From Salpingoeca rosetta (Eukaryota; Protista; Choanoflagellata): DNA of 64,000 nucleotides. Made by a program: the position numbers and the translations under genes. The stretch spans positions 2,440,973 to 2,504,972 of the forward strand of contig JAWQFM010000001.1 of the NCBI GenBank assembly GCA_033442325.1. The letters are read 5' to 3'. How positions within the stretch are numbered: the stretch's first letter is position 1; every line of letters starts with the position of its first letter. The notes under the pieces were generated by a model. That model was not told the DNA's origin and ran no database searches. It was given only the letters and a program-made list of their open reading frames with translations. This document shows positions 1 through 12,802 of the stretch, one piece after another.

Positions 1-2
1 AC

Positions 3-530
3 CAACAAACTGGGGCGCCACCTCCATCGGGACTGACATCGTCGCCATTGTCCACGTCCGCAGCCGGTGGCGCTGTGGACCCGGCGAGCACCGTGCACAT
101 CGGGTTTGCGCTGGCCAACAGCCGCAGCCGCAGTGGTGACAGCAGACGCGGCGATGGCAGTCACCGCAACACGGATACTGCTGGCATGGCGTTTGGTGAC
201 ACGCTGTCGCTGTTTGAGCAGAAGTTGGGCGCGTTTCTTGGCACGTCCCCCCACCGCCCCGACACGACGCCAAAGTCACATTGGACGAACAAGGGCAGCA
301 GCAGCAGCACGCAAGAGCGTGCACATGTCCATGCTGGGGATGACGCAAACTCAAGTGCAGACTCTGGGTTTGCCGGCAGTGGCAGGCGTATGAGTGACAA
401 GAGAGAACATCAGGAACGTGCAGGCGCAGCACTTATTTATCAACAGAAGCGGCAGCAAAAGCGACATAGCAGCGGGCAGCGGGAGGTTGGAACGTATCAC
501 ACCAGCCACCAGGCTGACACCACAACATTC

Positions 531-580
<50 letters not shown>

Positions 581-1376
581 ATACACAACACGCACCACCA
601 GTGCGGCCAGCTCTTCGCGCGCGGATCGCCGGGAGAAACAGCTGGCGCAGCAGGGCCACCAGACAATTGCACGCCGCGTGCTTGATGTTGCGCGCTGGCT
701 GATGGCGTATGCGAGGCAGTCCAACAGCTGCAAGGGCATGTCTCAGTGCAGCTGCAAGCGCCGTGCTGGTGCTGGCCGGTGCATGGATGGCGTTGGTGAT
801 GGTGGTGGCTGTCGAAGCGAGGATGGCTGGGTGTCGTGGCCAGAAACGCTGCTGCGGCGGCGTTGGAGTGACGACGATGCTGGTGCTGTTGGCGCCCCGC
901 CCTCGCTGGCGCCACGCGACCGCCGCCGCCAGCGCACGGGTGCGCAGGAGCCAGAGGGCGAGACCGAATGCACGGCAGCACGTGTTGCATCGCAAGCGGA
1001 GACGGCGGCGGCGGCGTCTGTTGCGCGCGAACTTGAGCGGGCGCTGAGCGAAGCGCGGGCAGAGGTGGCGAGCTTGCGTGCAGACCTACGACTGGCGGAG
1101 TTTGAGAAGCGGGCGATGCAGTCGCGCCTGGCACGGTCGCAGCGCCCCGCCAGCACAAGCAACACCACCAGCAGTGGCAGCGGCAACAACAATAGCAGCA
1201 ACAGCAGCAGTGGGTCGCCGTCGTGTCGCGGGTGCGAGCGGGTGGTGCCGCGGCTGCGGGCGGCGCTGAGCCGGGTGGCAGAGCAGCTGCTGTCGATCCA
1301 GGAGCGCACACACGCGCTGGATGCCAACGACCTCCACCTCCTCGATGCGCTGCTCACCCAGTGCACTGGCCGCTAG
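3..1376 (+). CDS. Hypothetical low-complexity, coiled-coil protein (3' part; frame open from window start)
   Basis: Frame is open from position 3 to the TAG at 1374-1376. It contains a poly-Asn tract encoded by (AAC)n, a heptad-like segment ([28 protein letters not shown]) and CxxC (CRGCE). No family recognised. Confidence 0.6.
531..578 (+). repeat. (AAC)n coding microsatellite (poly-Asn)
   Basis: Direct reading. Confidence 0.95.
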
Positions 1377-1652
1377 CACACTGCGTGTGTATTGTATATT
1401 CAGGCGGGCGCGTGTATGGGTGTATGCACGTGTGTGTTTGTGTGTCTGTGTCTGTGTGTCTGTGTCTGTGTGTGTCCGTGTGTGTGTCTGTGTCCGTGTG
1501 TGTGTGTCCGCGTGTGTGTCTGTGTCCGTGTGTGTGTCTGTGTCCGTGTGTGTGCGTCTTTGACATCATGAAACAAATGAACCTTCATTCACAACAACAG
1601 TAGGGAAGCCAACCATCACCCTTTTGTAACCGTCACAGCTTTTGCAACAACG

Positions 1653-2005
1653 ATGACAACAACGCAAGCGCTGATTGATGGCGCCCTCAAGGGTGCAACT
1701 GAGGAGGAGAGGCTCAAGTGCCTGGACCAGCTGTGCCAGCCAGCACGAGCAGCTGTGCGTCACAGAAGAGAGGAGGGATTGGGGATTGCTTATCTGCCTG
1801 CTTGATGACGTGCCAGTATGCTTGCTTGTTGGCACACAAGCTCCGGCTCACCTTTGAGCTTCAATCACGTATGTATGTTCCCAACTCCAAGCGTAGAAGT
1901 TGACACAGGACAACGTGGAGGAGCTCTCCGCACTGCTGCTGGCGACAGACACCCTCTTCTTTCGCTATTCCGACGTGCTGCTTGCGTGCCCAGCTGTCGC
2001 AGTCA

Positions 2006-2061
<56 letters not shown>

Positions 2062-2106
2062 GTGTGTGTGTGTGTGTGTGTGGTTGTCTGTGGTTGTCTG
2101 TGTGCC

Positions 2107-2145
<39 letters not shown>

Positions 2146-2708
2146 GTGTGTGTGTGTGTGTGTGTCTGTCTGTGTATGTTTGTGTGTTTGTCTGTGTGCC
2201 TTTCTGTCCATCTGTCTTTGCCTCTTTCTCTTTCTCTCTCTCTCTCTCTCTGTCTTTGTATCTGTCTGCCTGCCTGCCTGCACGTTTGCCAGCTTGCTCA
2301 CACCCTGATGTGGACTGTCTTCCCTTCCTCTTCCCTCACCCCGACTAGGCACTTGATGTCCTGCGGGTGGAGCCCGTGTTGTCCACAAAGGCTGTACTTG
2401 CTAGCAGAATATACGGCCTGCTGGCAGCCATTGGCGTGGCGAATGAGCCCCAGTGGAAGGTCAGCACACGGCTACAGCTTGGTGTCACGCATGCGTCTGA
2501 ATGTGCTCGCGCTTGACATAGTTCTTGCGTATCCTTACCTGACGCCCGTCGCATGTGCCTGACGCCGTGCAGGAGTGCCGACGCCAGCTGTTGGCATCGC
2601 TGGCCGAGGATACAGGCGTTGCTCACGCCCAGTGCTTTCGCGAGCTGCGGTTCCTGCACGGCATTCAAGAGCAGGAACCGGTACCATCACTGCGGGGTCG
2701 TGTGTGTG

Positions 2709-2771
<63 letters not shown>

Positions 2772-4328
2772 GTGTGCGTGTGTGTGTGCGTGTCTGTCTG
2801 TCTGTCTGTTTGTCTGTCTGCGTGCCTGCCTGCCTGTCTCTCTGTCTGTCTGTGTGTGCGTGTGTTTGCGTGTCTGTCTGTCTGTCTGTGTGTGTGTGTG
2901 CGTCATGTATGCGTGGTGCGTGTGCTTGCCATTTGTACGAACACATGCACCTCCGTCTGACCGTTTGCCTGTTGGCAAAAGTGCGTGCCGGTGGGTCCTG
3001 GCGCATGTCGTCTCCTCACGCCGCAATGTTCCCGGCACCAGGGCTTTCCCTACACGGCCGCTGCCAAGTTCAGGCCGCCAACACATACACCGGACGAAGA
3101 CACGCTTCGTGTGGTCAGTGCTCTGTACAGTGGCGGGCTGTGATGACGGCACGTCCACGTGTTGGTCCCAAGTGCTGCTACACCCACGCCATTAACATTC
3201 CTTTGCTTTGTTGCTCACAAATCCATCACATGTGCATGCGCTGCCCAGGTCAAGGACGCGTATCTGAACGGCCTTCTCAGACCCCAACAATGCGGCGGGT
3301 ATGTGTGTGTGTGTGTGTGCCTGTGTGTGTGTGCACCTGTGTGTGTGCATGTATGTGTGTGTGTGCGCATGTGTGTGTGTGTGCATGTGTGTGTGTGTGT
3401 TCCTACTGCCAGCATACTTTTCAATGCTCGTGTGAACATGTTTCTATCCCCCCCCCCACCCCCGATTGGACTGCGTCGTCTCCCGCCCACGCGGCGCGTG
3501 CATCCTTCATGCAGGTACATTGACTTCTTGGAGGAGAGCGGCATTGCTGTCGATCCTGACGACGAAGCGGTGCAGTCTGCAGCCCTCAACACCTGGGAGG
3601 GACAATACAGCCGCCTCCCCAAGGATGTCCTCGAAGAAATGGGTCTTCACCACACATTTGAGGAGTCCCAGCAGGTCGATAGTTGTGTGTGTATATGTGT
3701 GTGCGTGTGTGTCTGTGTATGTCTGTGTTTGTGTCTGTGTGTGTGTGTGTGTTTGCGCACGCGTTTATCGCTGGGACTCCAACCCGTTATAGTTGGCTCT
3801 TCTGAGATTTTGCTACACCGCTCACAATACACATCCTCACGCATACACCACATGCACACACATTCATCATGTGCCATTTGCTTGCTTTGCATGAGTGCAG
3901 TTGCGTGAGACCTTGCATGATGAGCGAGTCGAGGCGTTACGGGAGCACTGGATGCTTCTCCATCAAAAGAAGCGCGCTGAAACGCTCAGCAGAGCCCTCA
4001 CAAAGGTCATTGTTTAAGTTGGGTGTACGTTTTGTGTGCGCGCGGGTGTATGTGTGTGTGTGTGTGCGTGCTTGTGCGTGCTTGTGTGTGCGTGTGTGTG
4101 TGTGCTTGTGCTTGTGTGTGTATGCGTGCCGGTCTACGTTTGTGTATGCACGTCCTTGCCTGTTTCGCTTCTTGTTTTGTGTCTCACTCTTCATCACACA
4201 CACACGCTCACATGCACGCATACACACACGCACACTCACAGGCGATCTTCATCTTCATTGTGTACTTCATCCTGATGTGGACATACGGCTATTATGCAAA
4301 GTTGCAAGAGGAGCAAGACGGCCAATAA
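1653..4328 (+). CDS. Unknown ~287-aa protein with C-terminal transmembrane helix (tail-anchored candidate), 9 exons
   Basis: Exons 1653-1754, 1897-2007, 2391-2459, 2573-2680, 3042-3113, 3249-3298, 3515-3674, 3901-4005 and 4242-4328 all join in frame via GT-AG. Product reads MTTTQALIDGALKG...ALTK|AIFIFIVYFILMWTYGYYAKLQEEQDGQ*. Confidence 0.7.
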
Positions 4329-4655
4329 ATGAGCACTGCTTGAGCGTTGTTCCACGATACGCATTCGTATCTTAGCCCAAAGCACACGAAGGGATGTGTG
4401 GAGGAGAGACACAGGGGCGGAGGAGACGCAGAGACACGACACACAGACAGGCCAGACGGCGAGCATGTGTGTGGGCGAGAAGCGTTATCACAGCAACGTC
4501 AGATCTGCATATCGGGTCCGAAAATTGTTGAAAACTTGCGAGAGAATTCCATTCTCGCTGATTTCACTGCCACCACAAGCACACATACAGCACCACACAT
4601 ACGGCACCACTGCACACTCGACCACCACACCAAACCAAACCAAACCAAACCAACC

Positions 4656-5086
4656 ATGTCCAGCGTTTCTCCAACCGTCAAGGTGTGATCAGCAGCACCC
4701 TGTGCCGTGAATAGCCCTTTGAGATAGCTCTCCTTTGAAGCGTGCAATCCCCTTCCCCCTTTTCTTTTTGTTTCTTTTGTTTCCTTCGCTCTGCTTTGTC
4801 TCACCAACCATGCTATATCTTTCATGGTGATGCGTGCGTGCATGTGCAGTTCTGCAGGTGGGCGCTCCTCGTCACCGGTGTTGTTTACGGCGCCTCCCAT
4901 CACTGTGGGTTCTTTTTCCGGACTTGAGCGCCTTTTGTGCCTGCACACTTGGCCTTGGCTTGGCGTGCACCCCGATTTGTTCCCCCAACACCACACTCAA
5001 CAGAGCGCAACCAAACGCGCATGCACCCTCACACAAACTCACTCTCCTGACTACTTCAACTCCCCTTTTGGATTCCACCCCCCCCC

Positions 5087-5130
<44 letters not shown>

Positions 5131-5521
5131 ATGCACACACACACACCATGCACACACACACACACACAACACAACACACACATAACGCACAGCCACTCTT
5201 GCCAAGCGCGAGGCGGCAGCAAAGAAGGCACAGGAGGCACAGGAGGCCAAGAAGCAAAAGGCACAAAAAGCCCAGGCCGCGTCCTCCACAAACGATCTCG
5301 GTGCGTTATCCATTTACATACATGTGCGGGAGCAAAGGGCCCATGCCTGCTTTGTTGTCTTGGTGGGCTTCACTGCGTGTGCCTGTGCACACCCATCGCC
5401 TTTTGGCTTAAGGGAACCTTTCTGATTGGTTGCTGTTGTGTGCCTTTGGATGTGTCGCTTCGCGGACTGTGTAATGTGTTGTTGTCGTCAGTGAAAACTG
5501 AAGTGGCCCCTGCGCACCCCC

Positions 5522-5586
<65 letters not shown>

Positions 5587-5766
5587 CCACAAATGTCCTT
5601 CCTTCTGCTTACGTCCCGCTCGTACCCCTCACACGCTGATTTCCCCCCCCCCTCCCAATCAACGCAACTCCACTGCTTTGCACCTGCAGAGATGGATCCC
5701 AACTCCCCCAACTTTGACTTGGAGAAGGTTCTTCTTTCGCTTGAGAAGCAGGAGGCCAAGAACTAA
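4656..5766 (+). CDS. ATP5ME: Mitochondrial ATP synthase subunit e (Tim11/ATP5I-like), 4 exons
   Basis: Exons 4656-4682, 4850-4904, 5193-5300, 5690-5766 give MSSVSPTVK|FCRWALLVTGVVYGASHH|STLAKREAAAKKAQEAQEAKK...|EMDPNSPNFDLEKVLLSLEKQEAKN*. Matches the VSPxxK..R[YW]xALxxGxxYG (GxxxG) membrane motif followed by a coiled coil. Confidence 0.85.
5521..5587 (+). repeat. (CAA)n intronic microsatellite
   Basis: Direct reading; lies in ATP synthase e intron 3. Confidence 0.95.
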
Positions 5767-6301
5767 CCATGCTACTGCTACTGAACAAACCGACCCATTG
5801 ATGTGCCATGTGTGCGTCCCTGTTCATGTGTGCGTCTGTTTCCTCCCCTCTGTTCATTCTGTGGCCGTCGTGTAGCTGTGTTGCCAGCCACACTTCAGCA
5901 CAGCCTGTTTCTTTCCTTTTGCCACCATCTTTTGTCTGTGTGTATGTGTGCGCGCAGTCATAATTTGGTTTTGTTGTACGTGCAGCATGAGTTAGTGTTG
6001 CTGCTGCTGTGTATGGGACTTGTTCTTCTCGACACTCTTTGTCTTGTGTGGTGTGTGGTGTGGCGCTTCTTTCTTCTCGACTTTAGGGTCCCTTGTCTAT
6101 GCATGCATGTGTGTGTGTGTGTGTGTGTGTCGCGCATGCTGTCTTGCTGTCTGCCAGTGCGCATCTCGCAGTGGTGGGTGGCTGTGTGCATTGTGTGTGT
6201 GTGTGTGTGTGTGTGTGTCGTCTTCGTGGCCCCGTGTCCTTTTGGTTGTTCCACAAGTAACAACACCAACCAAGAAACATGTGCGCATGTGTCCACTGGA
6301 C

Positions 6302-6372
<71 letters not shown>

Positions 6373-6743
6373 CTGACTGGGCGCCTGAGTGCTCTACACC
6401 CAAAGTCGACTCTGGACGGATACTAGGTTAAAGCGTGAGGCCGTATCATCTTTGAATGTGCGGGGCATGCACAGCAATATCATTGCAAAATGAAGGGGTA
6501 ACATCCTACTTGCCGCCAACTTACCTGCCCAATGAATTATCGTTTCATACACCAGTCCCACCAGTATTCGTCGCGTCTGGTTGGTCCATTAGCTGTTCAT
6601 TCGGATAGTGTAACAGCCTCCATGTCGTCGACATCCTCTGGCACTGGTTGCTACTTTTTTCATTTTCATCGACCGTGTCACTTACTATCGTGAACTTACG
6701 TAGCTGCCCCAACAACCCTTCTACAACCACTCATTCTACGTAC

Positions 6744-6811
<68 letters not shown>

Positions 6812-7462
6812 CACAATGAGCACATGCACAACGCGCATGCGACAACGAGCACATGCACACACAGAATCCCCCACACCCACCCGCCCACACGCATGCCCAA
6901 CACCGATATTTGGTGAATGACATGTGGTAATTTTCCTGTGTGGGTGCAAACACGAGCCAACCACGTCGTTCTGCCCGCCTTGCACAAAAATACGCAGCAC
7001 AGCAAGCGCACAAGCACCAGCAGCAGCGCAAGAAGAAGAAGGGAGGGTGCGCGCGTGTGTGTGCGTGAGTTTGAGAAGTGCGCTGTTCGTTGGTGGCCTG
7101 CCGGTTGTGAGCCAAGCAAGTGCAGGTGAACGCGTGAATTGTGCGAGGTGCAAGCGCAGCAGCTCCCTCTCCTCCCCCCCCCGCTCGTCTGATAGCGGTG
7201 AGCCTTCTTTGGGAGCGGGCGCCACGTTGCGCACAAGCGCGCTTGACCCTTGTTTTGCTTCTCACCCCACCAACCAATCAATCAATCAATCAACCCAGCC
7301 TTTCTGAATGAAGCTCTTTTCCTTGGCATGAGTTGTGCTCTTGCGACTTGCATTCTCGTGGCATGTGTCACACGCTCTTGATCACCACGCCCACTCGCTC
7401 ACCCACTCACTCACTCACTCACTCACTCACTCACTCACCCACGCCGCCTTTCCAGCGAGAGA

Positions 7463-8987
7463 ATGGACGAGACCAGAGAGGCCCGGGACAGCCAGGCCGG
7501 CAACGATGACGGCCGCCGCCTGGCCCACGCTCCGTCTCGGCCACACATCTCAAAGACAGTGTCGACCCAGGAGCAGAGCGCCACCGACGCAAGCCACGGC
7601 GCATCGCTCGCAGCGTCCAACGCAAAGAACGAGCCCTCGACAGGCGCGCTCAAGGTGGCCAGCAACGGGCCAGCCGCGCTTGCCACCAGCACGGCCTCTG
7701 CGGTGCACGCCAAGGAGTCTGCGCCGCGCCCGCAGAAGAAGGCGTCCCTGCCCGACGCCGGCTCTGTCGGCCCCTCCGCGGCCAAGAAGATCCACAAGCC
7801 CTCGTCTGCGCCGCACCAGTTTGATGACGCCAGTGACGACGAGGAGGAGGTCGACGAGTACAAGCGCGGCGGGTACCACCCCGTGTTCCTCGGCGACAAG
7901 TACAAGTCCAAGTACCTCGTGGTGAAGAAGCTTGGCTGGGGCCACTTCTCCACCGTGTGGCTGGTGGAGGACTCCAACTCAACCAACTTCTACGCCATGA
8001 AGATTGTCAAGAGCGCGTCCCACTACACGGAGGCGGCGCAGGACGAGATTAAGCTCATGCGCGAGGTGGCCGCCGCAGACCCGCGCGCCCGCTCCCGCCA
8101 GCGCGTCATGCAGATGATTGACGACTTTCGCGTCTTCGGGCCCTTTGGCACGCACGTGGCCATGGTGTTTGAGGTCATGGGCCACAACCTGCTGCGCCTC
8201 ATCCGCCACTTCAACTACCGCGGGCTGCCCTCCGTCCTCACCAAGCGCATCATCAAGCAGACGCTGCAGGGCCTCGACTACCTCCACTCCAAGTGCTCCA
8301 TCATCCACACGGATATCAAGCCAGAGAACATCCTCATGTGCCTCACGGAGCGGGAGATCCACGCCATGGGCCAGCTTGCCAAGGCCACGTACGCCGACCA
8401 GCCCCCACCGCGCTATGCCAGCCGCCTTGGAAAGAACAAGAAGACCCGCCAATGTGCCTCAGAGGCAGATCGCGAGCACGTCAACCTTGACGACGTGCCC
8501 CGCATCCGTAAGTCGTGTGTGCGTGTGTGTACCTGTGTCTGTCTATATATGTGTGTGTGTATCTGTGTGCATATGTGTGTGCCTGGCTGGCTGGCTGTCT
8601 GTCTGTCTGCGATGCAACTAGCTTGCCCTCCTTGCCCCTCTCTCTTGTGAGGCTGTTTCTTGTTGTGTTTTCACACGTGCTGAATGTGAGGTTGGGGCTG
8701 AACATGGGACGCTTGGTACTTGGCCTTTCCCCACGTCACATCACATCACATCACATCACATTGCGTCTGTTCTGTTGTTTCGCTTTTCACCGCTTGTTTC
8801 GCTCATGTGCTACATCATCACCACCAACACCACCATCACCACCAAACAAACAATGACGACCCGCATGCTCAGGTCCTCTGCGGGAAAAGCTGTTGGACGA
8901 GGAGTTTTTCAAGACGTGCCAGGTCAAGATTGCAGACCTCGGCAACGCCTGCTGGGTGGTACGTCGTGCACCAACACACATACACAC

Positions 8988-9026
<39 letters not shown>

Positions 9027-9955
9027 CATGCGGGCGAGCCAGCACGCACAAGTGCTGTCTCAACAACTACCTGCAACGTCGCGCTTGAGTTTGAGCCATC
9101 ATTGAAGCCATTGCATCAACCCTTCTCTCACGTGTGCTGCGTTCTGCTGCTTTAATGTGTGGTGTGCAGGATAAGCACTTTGCGGCTGTGATCCAGACAC
9201 GGCAGTACCGCAGTCTCGAAGCCATCCTCGGCAACAACTACGACCAGAGCGCTGACATCTGGAGCGTCGCAGCCCTGGTGTGTGTGTGTATGTGTGTGCA
9301 TGTGTGTGTGTGTGTGTGTTTGTGTGTTTGTCAGCTTGTGCGACCTTGCGTGTCAACGCGCTCACATTGTTGCTACTGCTCCACCTTTACTTGCACACCA
9401 CCAGACGTTTGAGCTGGCCACTGGCGACTACCTCTTTGATCCCCACAGCGGCCGCAACTTTGATCGCAATGAAGGTGAGCGCCCCAACACACACACACAC
9501 ACACGCACACACACACACGCACACACACACACTCACACACACTCACACACACACACTCACACACATTTCCTTCATGCTATTCTCGCCCTGGACACCCTGA
9601 CCACCTTTGGTCTTCTCGTTGTCGGTCTCATCGTGGGCTATCTTGTTCTGTGCAGACCACATTGCCATGATTATTGAGCTTCTTGGCCCCATCCCGCGCC
9701 AGATTGTCTTCAACAGCCCCCATGCACCAACATACTTTGACCGCAACGGTACGCCTCCTCTGCTGTTGTTGCTCGCGTTGCGTTCTTGCCTGCATCTCCT
9801 CGGCGCTTCAACCAGCCGACACATTACGTCTCATTCTCCTCTCACACTTGTACCAACTCACTCATCCCACCCATCAATTCCATCACCCAACACCATGCAC
9901 CCTGCACACGCACAAACACTACATGCACCACGCACACTGCGCACGCACATACACT

Positions 9956-9988
<33 letters not shown>

Positions 9989-10991
9989 ACGTGTTTGTTG
10001 TTGCCCGTATTGAAGGCAACCTGCGCCACATCAAGCGCTTGAAGATGTGGCCGCTGCAGGATGTGCTGATGCAGAAGTACAAGATGCACAAGGACAGCGC
10101 CAAGATGATGACGGAGTTCCTCCTCCCCATGCTCCGCTACGAGCCGGTACCCATGTGTGGTCTGCTTGCTTCCTGCCATCTTGGTTTGAGACCCTGCCCC
10201 TGGTCTCCGTACGCCGCCATGTCTTTGCTCTTGACCATTCTGCCGGCCTTCTCTTGTTCTCATGTGTGTTGGTTTCCTTCCATGACCTGCCTGTATTTTC
10301 TGCCTGCGCACCGCAGCTGTTCCGCGCCACCGCCTCGGAGTGCGCCCGCCACGGCTGGCTCAAGATCACCGACGAGGACAACACCGAGGTCTGCTGCCCA
10401 CTGCCTTGAACCGTGTTTATGTGTGTGTGCGTTCATGTGCGTTCATGTGTGTAGTGTTACGTTTATTGCTTGCTCATCGTGTTCAGTCGGTGCCCATTCA
10501 TGAAGTGGCGTGGTCCTGCGTGGCTCTCTGTCCACCACCACCTCCACCTCCTCCCCCTTCCCTTGAAACCTCGCCACTTTCTCAACATGCCTTTCCTCTG
10601 CTATTCCTCTCTTCCCCCCCCCCCTTCCCGACCTCGCTTGCTTCAACAGCTTGGGCGGTACCTGACCAAGGCGCGTGCAAAGGACCGCGAGCGCCGCCGC
10701 CGTGCTGGTGAGCTCACCGACACCCCAAACCACCACCCCCAACAGCAGCAGGACAAAGCCTCGTCATCCAACACGAAGCAGTCCAAACAAGCCAGCGGCG
10801 GCAGCAGCAGCAGCAACAGCAACAGCAGCAGCCACGAGCCGAAATCTGAGGCAGCGGAGAAGCCTAAGGAGACGGCGGTGCTGCCAGAGAACGAGGCGCA
10901 GCCGCTCCCACCAGCATCTGAGGCCGCCACGCCCAGCAAGAACAAGGACGTGCAGGCAGAACCAGCCATCAAGGGCGGCGAGTGGGCTTAG
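7463..10991 (+). CDS. SRPK: SR protein kinase (SRPK family), 8 exons
   Basis: YKRGGYHPV, KLGWGHFSTVWL, IHTDIKPENIL, KIADLGNACW, IQTRQYRSLE, FELATGDYLFDPHSG and DHIAMIIELLG are SRPK signatures. Exon 1 is 7463-8507, exon 2 is 8873-8958, and the last exon ends GGEWA*. Confidence 0.95.
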
Positions 10992-12577
10992 GCGGCAGGT
11001 GCAGCCCTTGATGGGCAACACATGCGCAGCGTCAGCTGCTTGTTGTTTTCCCTCCGCTGCTGCTTTCTCGAGCCCTTCCCTTGCCCCTCCTCTTCCTCCT
11101 CATCTCCTTGTCTCCCTTTCCCAGTTCCCGTGACCCCACCCCACCCCCCTCTTTCCCACCTTTCCTGTTGTGGTGTTGCGCTCATGCTATGCGTACGCGT
11201 GTGTGTTCTGGGCGTGTGGCTGTTTGTGCCCTTGTGCGCGTTGCGGCTTCTATTTGTGTATTGCCAGGACTAGTCGTGTCGATTGCTTGTTTGTCGGTTG
11301 GCAGGCACCCTCGTTTATTTTTCGCCCCGATGGATTTGGGTGCTTTGCCCCGTCTGTTTGTTGTCTGGTCACTCGTTTGTATGTTTGTGTGCTGCCCTCT
11401 AACAGCTGCGTAGCGCCGTTGCTCGTGCTTCACCACCCTTCATTGCGTGTAGATCGCGCCACGACGCGCAAGTTGTGACGTGGTTCATGCGTGTGTGTCG
11501 TTTTGGAATGCTGTGCGCCCACCCACACCCCGTATCCTTTCCTCCAACCTGCCTTGCCTTGGCTCGACGATTTCTCCCCCCCCCCCCCAACTTCTCGTGT
11601 TCTATTGTCAGTTTCCTACTTCGACAGCACACACACGCTTCTCCTCCTTTGTTTTCCCTTCTTCAAATACCATCCTTCCTTTCTCTCTTTCCCTTTTTTT
11701 CCCCTTCTTCTCCCTGCGTCTGCACTTGGTGCTCGCAGGCAACCCCTGCTTCCGCCCGACCTCTCTGGTGGTTTTTATTTGTGCACTGTGAGGGCTGCAT
11801 GTTCTTTAGCTGGTCGTGTGTCTTCTCCGGCATGACAGCCTACCATGTACTGGCGTGAGTATGCGTGCGTATGCGTGCGTGCACATGCATGTATGTGTGC
11901 GACATCGCCGTCGTCACGCTTGCCCCTCACGTGCTTGTTTGTGCGTGGTGCTGGTTTTGGGCCAGGCTTCTCCGTGCACATCCCTCCTCCCCTCTTCTCT
12001 CCTCTGCGGCAGGCTTGGTCGTTTCAGAATCACACGCTTCGTGGTGATCATGCGATCATGACCTTTCCCTCGTTGTTTTCCTTTCCTGGGAGTGCACGGT
12101 TTCTGGCACTCGCCCTGCCTCTCCCCACCCCCTTTTACCCCCTCTTGCTTCTTCGCCTTCAGCCGCCGCCCCCAGGCGTGGTTGGCGTCTCCTCCTACTC
12201 ACAACCGCTCCGCTCCGTCTCTTGCGATTTATCTCCTCCCTTCCTCGGCATTGTCCCTCCAGCTAATACATGCACCGCCTCCCCCTCCACCTCCCAGTAT
12301 GATCGTCGCCATCGTCGTCACTGTCCCCTCTCCTCCCCTTCCTGCATGCACACCTGAGTCCTCCTCTCCTCTCTCTGCATTGGTGTTTTTGCTTTATGGC
12401 CGTCTGTCATTGCTGGCACGTGTAGTGTCGCGCTGTTGCTTTGGTGCACTTGGCAATGAACTGACTATTCATCTATGTCGTAACGAGGCAGTGGGACGGG
12501 AGGGAGCATGGCTGGAGAGACTGAGAAACGGTGGGGGGGGGGAGAGCAAGAGCGTGCGGGGTTAGCCCCACCCCAAA

Positions 12578-12611
<34 letters not shown>

Positions 12612-12615
12612 CACA

Positions 12616-12666
<51 letters not shown>

Positions 12667-12691
12667 AACACACACACACACACACACGCAC

Positions 12692-12742
<51 letters not shown>

Positions 12743-12802
12743 TATGAGCGAGCATAATTTATGGTGCGTGTTTCTCTGCATGTATCCGCTTCCCATCACC
12801 CT

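Noticed and set aside
6519-6527. ACTTACCTG resembling the U1 snRNA 5' end
   Set aside because: No downstream loop I, U1A loop or Sm site in register; it is better read as a minus-strand donor-like sequence.
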